From an uncultured Acidobacteriota bacterium (GTDB lineage Bacteria > Acidobacteriota > UBA6911): a stretch of 64,000 nt of DNA. Below, one piece after another: positions 58,363-64,000 of the stretch. The notes beneath the pieces are model-generated. The model was not told the DNA's origin and made no database searches. It saw only the letters and a list, made by a program, of their open reading frames with translations. Position 1 is the stretch's first letter; every line of letters starts with the position of its first letter. The DNA lies in assembly GCA_963809485.1 (NCBI GenBank), contig CAWEJX010000006.1, forward strand, positions 128,001-192,000, given 5' to 3'. The position numbers and the translations under genes are program-made.

Positions 58363-59091
58363 CTAGTGTGCCGTTCTTTGTATCGCAAATCTTCCTTTGT
58401 GTTCGATGATTTGATAGCGCCCCTGGGAGGTTTCCACAGCTTCCTGCAAACCCGGGCGGCTGAGATGAAAATCAACGAGAAACGCATCCAGCGGGACTTG
58501 TCCGCCGGGGAAAAGCAAATCCGGGGCGGTGTTCATCGCTTTTTCAGCGCGTGTTCTTTCCTCTTCTGCCGTTTCCGGATTAAACAGATTTTTCCACGGA
58601 CCCTCACTGCCGAAAACCTGCCAGGCCGTTCCTTCAAAATGCTCCACGAGGTAGAAATGGATGTCGCTTCGATCAGGGGCATGGATCTTCCATGATTCCG
58701 GCCACCCTACGGGAGAATAGACTCCTATGCCGTGGGGGATGCCTTCCCTAATGTCGAGCCCCAAAGGGCCGGAAATTTGCTCCAAAAGGTTGTCGGCAGG
58801 GCGGAGCAGATCCTTTTCGCCCGTCAGCCCTGTGCCTTTGAGAGCGATGGCTGCCAGGCATAGACGGATCCGTTTAAGCAGACCGCTGCCAAATACAAAT
58901 CGCCGGACGTCGCCGAAGACTCTCTGCGGGGTTTGAACCTGAATTCCGGGGTCCGGGCGTATGATCTCGCCGGCTGAGGGGACTGCAATCTCGCGGCACG
59001 ATCGAACCTTCAGTTCGAAACGGCTCAGAAAGGCATCGCCAAGTCGTGTCTTTCCGTTAACGTCGCTTGTGTATGGATTCATCGGATTCAT
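58363..59091 (-). CDS. Hypothetical protein of the ESCRT-like cluster (possible C-terminal winged helix)
   Basis: 242 aa. ATGA overlap with the upstream ATPase. C-terminal helix-helix-beta-hairpin pattern (VPLDAFLVDFHLSRPGLQEAV...YQII). Confidence 0.65.
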   Translation of the reverse strand: MNPMNPYTSDVNGKTRLGDAFLSRFELKVRSCREIAVPSAGEIIRPDPGIQVQTPQRVFGDVRRFVFGSGLLKRIRLCLAAIALKGTGLTGEKDLLRPADNLLEQISGPLGLDIREGIPHGIGVYSPVGWPESWKIHAPDRSDIHFYLVEHFEGTAWQVFGSEGPWKNLFNPETAEEERTRAEKAMNTAPDLLFPGGQVPLDAFLVDFHLSRPGLQEAVETSQGRYQIIEHKGRFAIQRTAH

Positions 59092-60221
59092 GCCGGTCCA
59101 CCGCCTTTGGCGAACTTTTTGTAGCGTTCCAGCATTGAAGGTGTAACCGACGGCGCCACCTCCGAAATTGCCCGTCTGACATCCTGGAGCGTCAGGACGG
59201 CCTCAGCGCCGCTGCGTATCTGACGCTGAAATGGAAAGTCCGTAGCTTTGATGCACACACCCACGATATCGGCTCCGCTGTAGCCTTCCAGGGAGCCGGC
59301 GACTTCATGCAAATCGATTCCGGGATCCATGGGTATGCCATCGAGGTTCAGGTGCAATATCTGCTCCCGGGCTTCGGCATCCGGAAGACCGATATAGAAT
59401 TTCTCGCCGAAGCGGCCTGTGCGAAGCGCTGCCTCATCCAAATCCCACGGACGGTTCGTGGCGCCCATCAGCAAAAGGCAGTTGGTGTTCGAATTCAGCC
59501 CGTCGACCTGGGAAAGGAATTCGGGGACTACGCGGTTCATCACCGTGGAGTTGCCACCGCGCTTGCCGACCAGCGCTTCTGTTTCATCCAGGAAAACGAT
59601 GGAGACCGGATAGCGCCGCGCCACGTCAAACAGCCGCGCGAGGTTTTGCTCGGCCACTCCCACCCACTGAGACATGATGCTGGAGCATTTCACGCTGAGA
59701 AACCGGGCATCCAGCTCGGTCGCGACGGCTTTGGCGATCATGGTTTTACCGGTTCCCGGAGGGCCGTAGAGCAGGATGCCGCCGCCCGCCCTCTTTTTAA
59801 ATCGATGGGCTGCATCCGGATGGCGAAAGGGATATAGGACGCGCAGATCGATAGCTTCTTTTACGGATTTCAGGCCCGCAATCTGATCAAACCGGATGTC
59901 CGGCTTTTCCGAGACTATCCATTTATCCTCCGGCGTCAGGTGATCATCCGCTTCCCTGGGCGATGCCGTCTGGAGTCTGCTTTGGTCCGCCCCCCGTTTG
60001 GGTGAGATTTGCTGCAGCGGAAGGCCGAAGGCCATATCGCGCAGGCGCAGGCTCTTTTCCCATCGGATTCGCTTCAGGCTGCCATCCGAATTCCGGGCTG
60101 CTTTGAGCAGGTATTTGGCGGCACGCAGCAGATGAATGCGAGCCCGGGCTTTATCTCCGGCTGTAAGATAATCGATACCCTGATCCTTGTTTTTTTCGTA
60201 TTGATCCAGGTAGAACTGCAT
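59088..60221 (-). CDS. Vps4/CdvC-like AAA+ ATPase with MIT-like N-terminus
   Basis: Three-helix N-terminus. EKPDIRFDQIAGL..VKEAI...V.YP..HP, GILLYGPPGTGKT.IAKAVATE, IMSQWVG.AE, FLDE, EFLSQVDG, GATNRPWDLD, GYSGADI and PSV....LERY.KF. Confidence 0.85.
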   Translation of the reverse strand: MQFYLDQYEKNKDQGIDYLTAGDKARARIHLLRAAKYLLKAARNSDGSLKRIRWEKSLRLRDMAFGLPLQQISPKRGADQSRLQTASPREADDHLTPEDKWIVSEKPDIRFDQIAGLKSVKEAIDLRVLYPFRHPDAAHRFKKRAGGGILLYGPPGTGKTMIAKAVATELDARFLSVKCSSIMSQWVGVAEQNLARLFDVARRYPVSIVFLDETEALVGKRGGNSTVMNRVVPEFLSQVDGLNSNTNCLLLMGATNRPWDLDEAALRTGRFGEKFYIGLPDAEAREQILHLNLDGIPMDPGIDLHEVAGSLEGYSGADIVGVCIKATDFPFQRQIRSGAEAVLTLQDVRRAISEVAPSVTPSMLERYKKFAKGGGPA

Positions 60222-60252
60222 GGGAGCTGATCCGCGATGGCAAGCGGACTCC

Positions 60253-60855
60253 TTATTTTTGTTCCTTGTTCAGTTCCTCTTCAATGTCGGCAATGTCTTT
60301 GTCAATCTGATCATCAATCCCCTTGCGCTCCTCGTGAGCCACTTCCTCTTCAAGCATCTTCTCGATATCGCGATCACTTACCAGCTCCTCCTCGGAGCTT
60401 CCCTCGTAACCGAACATCGACTCCGATGTGGTTTCCAGGAAAGCATCCATGCGCTCTTCGATGCTTTCGGCCTTGGACATGGCCTTTTCAAAATTCACCT
60501 GGGTTTTGGCCATGTCCGTGGACCCGAAAACCTCGGCGATCGACTTGGAGAAAGCGTTCATAGCCTTGGCAAAATCGTAATGGCCTTCGGCCTGGTCCTT
60601 TAGTTGTGTGGCGGATTCCAGCGCCAAAAGCTGGCGTTCGAGCCGGATTTTGATGGTTGCTGTCTTTTTGATGGCCTTTTTAAGGAATTCATATTGATTC
60701 GTCCAGCCCAGCTTGCGCGCCCGCTTTGCTTTTTCGATGTAATCCAGTTCGTATTTCTCGTTGGCCTTGAGCTGACGCCGGATTTGGGTTAACGCCTTGC
60801 GCACCTGGATGTTTCGCTCGATTCGCCTTTCCTCTTTGGACTTGAAGAGACTCAT
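60253..60855 (-). CDS. ESCRT-III (CdvB/CHMP1-like) protein A
   Basis: 200 aa with a very basic N-half (IEKAKRARKLG...RLERQLLALESA) and FEKAM...ESIEERMD. Acidic C-terminal tail. Lies directly upstream of a Vps4-like gene. Confidence 0.7.
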   Translation of the reverse strand: MSLFKSKEERRIERNIQVRKALTQIRRQLKANEKYELDYIEKAKRARKLGWTNQYEFLKKAIKKTATIKIRLERQLLALESATQLKDQAEGHYDFAKAMNAFSKSIAEVFGSTDMAKTQVNFEKAMSKAESIEERMDAFLETTSESMFGYEGSSEEELVSDRDIEKMLEEEVAHEERKGIDDQIDKDIADIEEELNKEQK

Positions 60856-60996
60856 GCCTGGCCCCTTTCTTAAATCTTTTTGCGAGCTGCTTCCTGAACC
60901 CTGATCCCGGACTTGAGGAAGTGATCCCGGAGATCCTGCCTTGGCGGATAGCCGCGGAACCAGACTCTCCGCCGACAGGCTAATCGCCCGGGATTT

Positions 60997-61260
60997 TTAA
61001 AGCCATGTATGACCTTCCGAGCACTGGTGGGAGGAATAATGGCCTTGCGTCAGACAACAAGCGCGCAGGCAAGCCGGGCAGGCGTAGGCGCATTGGGTCG
61101 TATTGTCCATGATTCCCGTTGCGCCTGCCGGCGTGCCGTCCTTCGTTCTCTCCTTTGAAGCGCCGGATCCTGAAATTCTCTCAATTTCACCCTGTGTTTC
61201 TTTCAGCTTTTTGCTGATCTCTGCCTTAATCCTTTCCAGGTCGTCCTCGATGGTTCCCAT
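60997..61260 (-). CDS. Small protein with an amphipathic helix and a Cys/His-rich metal-binding tail
   Basis: GAGG RBS. IEDDLERIKAEISKKL, then C-x3-C-x2-C-x3-CC-x4-H-x3-H-x-C-x3-H. Confidence 0.65.
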   Translation of the reverse strand: MGTIEDDLERIKAEISKKLKETQGEIERISGSGASKERTKDGTPAGATGIMDNTTQCAYACPACLRACCLTQGHYSSHQCSEGHTWL

Positions 61261-61356
61261 AGCCGCATCCTCGGGTGGGGATAATTTTCGGATTTCAACA
61301 CCTGCCTGCTTGATCCAGCCCCGGGCGATAGAGACGGAGTGCCTGACTCCATCGGC

Positions 61357-62358
61357 TCAGGGAAGAGTAGCGTTCAACCGCTGCAGCAGCATATCTGTGA
61401 TTTTGCGAACATCGGCGGCGCCCCGCCCATAATCCAGCAGTTGAGGAATTTTCCTGCTGCTGGAAATGTGTATCGTAAAGCCTTCGGGGAGGGGGTGGAT
61501 CGTCGCCGAAATCGTCTGCCCGTAGGTCTGCCAGTTCCAACCGGTGCTGCCTCTAAGAGTCCGGGCGTTCGAATCCCACAGCAAATTCTTCGCTCCATAG
61601 GATTGGAAGACTTCCTCGATGATGGTTATGAGCTTCTGCTCGGGCAGATTGGTTTTTAGTATTCCTTCACCCATAAGCTGAACCATTGGCGGTTTTTGTT
61701 CTGCAGCGGGCTGATCTTGCTTTTCCGTGGGTTGCCGGGAACTCTGCCGCTTGGGATACATTTCGTGGTCGAGGCTCAACGCTTCCATACGTCGGCGCTC
61801 CATTTCGGCCCGGCGATTCTCGTCGTCCGATTTCCGACGATTTTCCTCTGCCAGCCGCAGTTTCTCCGCCTTGAGCACTTCCACTTCTTTTCGCGCTCTT
61901 TCGGCGGATGCGCAATGCTGGCAGCAGTTCAGTTCCTCATCCCGGTGGCGCACGCATATCCAGTCGCGATTGCATCGAAGACAACGGAAACTGGTGCTCC
62001 TTTCGGCGTATCCTCCACAGATGGGGCATACGGCTTGGGAGGCATGGGATTCCGGCGCGTGCGGTATGCCGATAATAATGTTGCCGACTTGTGCTCCCGC
62101 GTGGGAGTTATGAGTCGAGGCGTCGATATTTCCCTTGAGAATTCCGATATCGCCGGCGCGAAATCCTCCCGGGGCCTGCTGAGAAGCTCCCGTATCCTGT
62201 TCCGATAACAGAAAAGCGCATTCGGAGCAAAACCTCGCTCTTCCCTCTATTTTACTGCCGCAGTTGGGACACAGCCGCTCCTGGGCCAGAGGCTTTCCGC
62301 AATTTTCGCAAAACCTGCCTTCCCCGCCCTCCTGGTTGCATTGAACACAGATAGCCAT
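61357..62358 (-). CDS. Multi-zinc-ribbon protein (first gene of the cluster)
   Basis: CVQC..FCENCG, CPNCG..FCSEC and CPICG..C..C...C..H..CC..C motifs, a coiled coil and a C-terminal alpha/beta domain. GAGGG RBS. Confidence 0.8.
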   Translation of the reverse strand: MAICVQCNQEGGEGRFCENCGKPLAQERLCPNCGSKIEGRARFCSECAFLLSEQDTGASQQAPGGFRAGDIGILKGNIDASTHNSHAGAQVGNIIIGIPHAPESHASQAVCPICGGYAERSTSFRCLRCNRDWICVRHRDEELNCCQHCASAERARKEVEVLKAEKLRLAEENRRKSDDENRRAEMERRRMEALSLDHEMYPKRQSSRQPTEKQDQPAAEQKPPMVQLMGEGILKTNLPEQKLITIIEEVFQSYGAKNLLWDSNARTLRGSTGWNWQTYGQTISATIHPLPEGFTIHISSSRKIPQLLDYGRGAADVRKITDMLLQRLNATLP

Positions 62359-62837
62359 TGAAAATCCCTCGCAATGACGGTCGTCGCCGGAGCCGGGTAC
62401 GATCCTGACTATGCTGCCGCGAGCTGAACTATATAATCCGAACGGGCTTTTCGTTTCTCTCTATAATAAACTTCATGAAATGCCGAAATGCCTTGGACTT
62501 GGGCCGATTATACACCCGTCCTCATCGCCGGGAAATGCTCTTCAGGGATTGCAGGCACATTTGCATTCTTTTCTCGGCCCTGCGCCGATGTCCCCGTCGC
62601 AGAGTCTTTTCATAGGTCTCTGCTGCATCAACGGCGCCATACACGAAGTGGAAGCAATTCCCGATCCATACCCCCAATCTGAATTGACTGTTTGATCCGA
62701 GTATCGCGGAGAGCGTATACGTGCTGGCGACACGGATATTTGACAACGCCGATAATGGCGCTGACGAAGGCTGCAAATCAGGTTGAAGCCCGGCTCTTCC
62801 GGTCTCGCCCATCCAATGAAAGGAACCTCATCAGCCG

Positions 62838-64000
62838 CTAAGTGACGCGGGAATTATCGAGCAGGGTGCTAAAATCGACAAGCGTGATCGGCGCGTATGC
62901 CGCACTGATTTTGTCCAGGGTGATTTCGCGACAATCCATGGGCTGTGGAATCCAGGCACCGGTCAGATGCAGGTGGGCGGGCGCCCCGGCGGCTTTGGCC
63001 TTGATGACAATCCCAAGAGGCTGGCCTTTGGCCACAAAGGTGCCCGGCAAGCCCGCTTCCGGCTTGATATGGCTATATAGGATGCAAAACACCTGGCCGC
63101 GCGAATTCAAAATGGACGGATGCCGGACGACAACCGTTTTGTTTATATAATCGTCAAGGATGGTGACGATCTCCCCGTCGGCGATCGCGCGGACCGGCGT
63201 CCCTTGCGGAATTGCCTGAACACTTCCGTCGGACCCATACCCTTGCGCAAAATCCACTCCCTCATGTTCGGTCCGGCGCCGGTTTTTCTCTCCCCACCAT
63301 TCAATATGCTCTCCAAAACCCGTTCCGGGAGGAAATATCCAGGATTGCAGACAGCATTCCTCCGTGAACCCTTTTAGCCACTCCCTGAACTCAGGTGCGA
63401 CAGACGCCGGCGGTTGCATTTGGATACTCCGTATCTCCTGATAATCCCGGAAGCTGATCCATTGGCTCTTTGGTTCGGGATTTGGTTCCAGGCTCAATTC
63501 GACCTGCACGAAAACCGGCAGGACCTCTCCGGACGGTTGCTTGTCTCCCCGCTGCAAGGCAATCCTGGCCATAATCCCGCTGGCCAATCGATCCTGGGGC
63601 ATTTTCCTGATTTCCGGTGTGATCTCAGTCGGCATCCCTGATGGATCCAGTGCAACGTAGCCGCAATCTCTTAAAATCACGCCCCAATGTTCCCTGGTGG
63701 GGGCGAAATAAGCGTATTGCCCTGGAATTGGACATATCCGGCCGGCTTGTTTTTCAACCCATCGGGCGGCGTATCTGCAGAATTCTTCGACTCCTGTTTT
63801 TGTGTCCTGGAATAATATTTCGATCGCCTCATAGCGCCGGTTTGGCTGCAGTCGATAAATGATCACAAGTCCGTCCGGATCAGCCGGGCGGGATTTGCGG
63901 ATCACATATCCGTGACCGGATTGGCGCTGATATGGAATCGAGACCGGGCAATTGCTGCTCGGAACGGTAGCCATGAAGGACATAGCGCCAATCGGCAGGC
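62838..64000 (-). CDS. M23-family metallopeptidase domain protein (probably 5'-partial)
   Basis: HEGVD, GTPVRAIADG, YSHI, VAKGQPLG and HLH motifs. The frame is open to the window edge. Confidence 0.75.
   Translation of the reverse strand, partial: LPIGAMSFMATVPSSNCPVSIPYQRQSGHGYVIRKSRPADPDGLVIIYRLQPNRRYEAIEILFQDTKTGVEEFCRYAARWVEKQAGRICPIPGQYAYFAPTREHWGVILRDCGYVALDPSGMPTEITPEIRKMPQDRLASGIMARIALQRGDKQPSGEVLPVFVQVELSLEPNPEPKSQWISFRDYQEIRSIQMQPPASVAPEFREWLKGFTEECCLQSWIFPPGTGFGEHIEWWGEKNRRRTEHEGVDFAQGYGSDGSVQAIPQGTPVRAIADGEIVTILDDYINKTVVVRHPSILNSRGQVFCILYSHIKPEAGLPGTFVAKGQPLGIVIKAKAAGAPAHLHLTGAWIPQPMDCREITLDKISAAYAPITLVDFSTLLDNSRVT

Noticed and set aside
55837-60221. FtsH, Cdc48 or proteasomal ATPase identity for the two AAA genes
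   Set aside because: No TM or protease domain, no second AAA ring and no coiled-coil/OB domain. Size and N-termini fit Vps4-like enzymes.
57074-60855. Ordinary PspA/Vipp1 paralogs
   Set aside because: No PspA-typical EDP motif or pspBC/pspF context, and the linkage to MIT-AAA genes favours the Snf7/CdvB type. Not formally excluded without a profile search.
62411-62812. Short ORFs between the cluster and the M23 gene
   Set aside because: Several overlapping frames, none with an RBS or recognisable motif. Probably regulatory or decayed DNA.
1-64000. CRISPR array, rRNA or tRNA genes
   Set aside because: No regularly spaced repeat-spacer array or tRNA/rRNA signature was seen. The repeats present are dispersed or simple tandem types.

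Overview
GC-rich bacterial chromosome segment. It probably comes from an anaerobic Acidobacteriota-type organism; this is inferred from the tandem Oar-like TonB receptors, the rpmE-DUF1385-prfA-prmC-murA gene order, and AOR, Nfn and rubrerythrin. From left to right: IS remnants around a RelE/HigB-XRE toxin-antitoxin pair; a housekeeping block; and an anaerobic redox region (AOR, class-III aminotransferase, a UGA-containing UxxC putative selenoprotein split in the ORF track, HOT transhydrogenase, a divergent MDH, and a receiver-fused NuoE/NuoF/Fe-S module). Next come two paralogous 1.4-kaa TonB-dependent receptors, an NtrC-type regulator, rubrerythrin, a truncated IS1380, TrpB2, a fused NfnAB, malic enzyme and a DUF2235 hydrolase. 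The most striking feature is a co-oriented ~12 kb minus-strand cluster (50513-62358) that reads like an archaeal/eukaryote-type ESCRT machinery in a bacterium. It encodes three Snf7/CdvB-like ESCRT-III candidates, two single-ring MIT-AAA Vps4/CdvC-like ATPases, two SPFH-like proteins and zinc-ribbon accessory proteins, one with a transglutaminase-like domain. The intergenic DNA holds a family of IS200-type non-autonomous elements, inverted heptamer arrays and a ~370 nt multi-hairpin ncRNA candidate. All family calls come from motif recognition by eye; no database searches were run.
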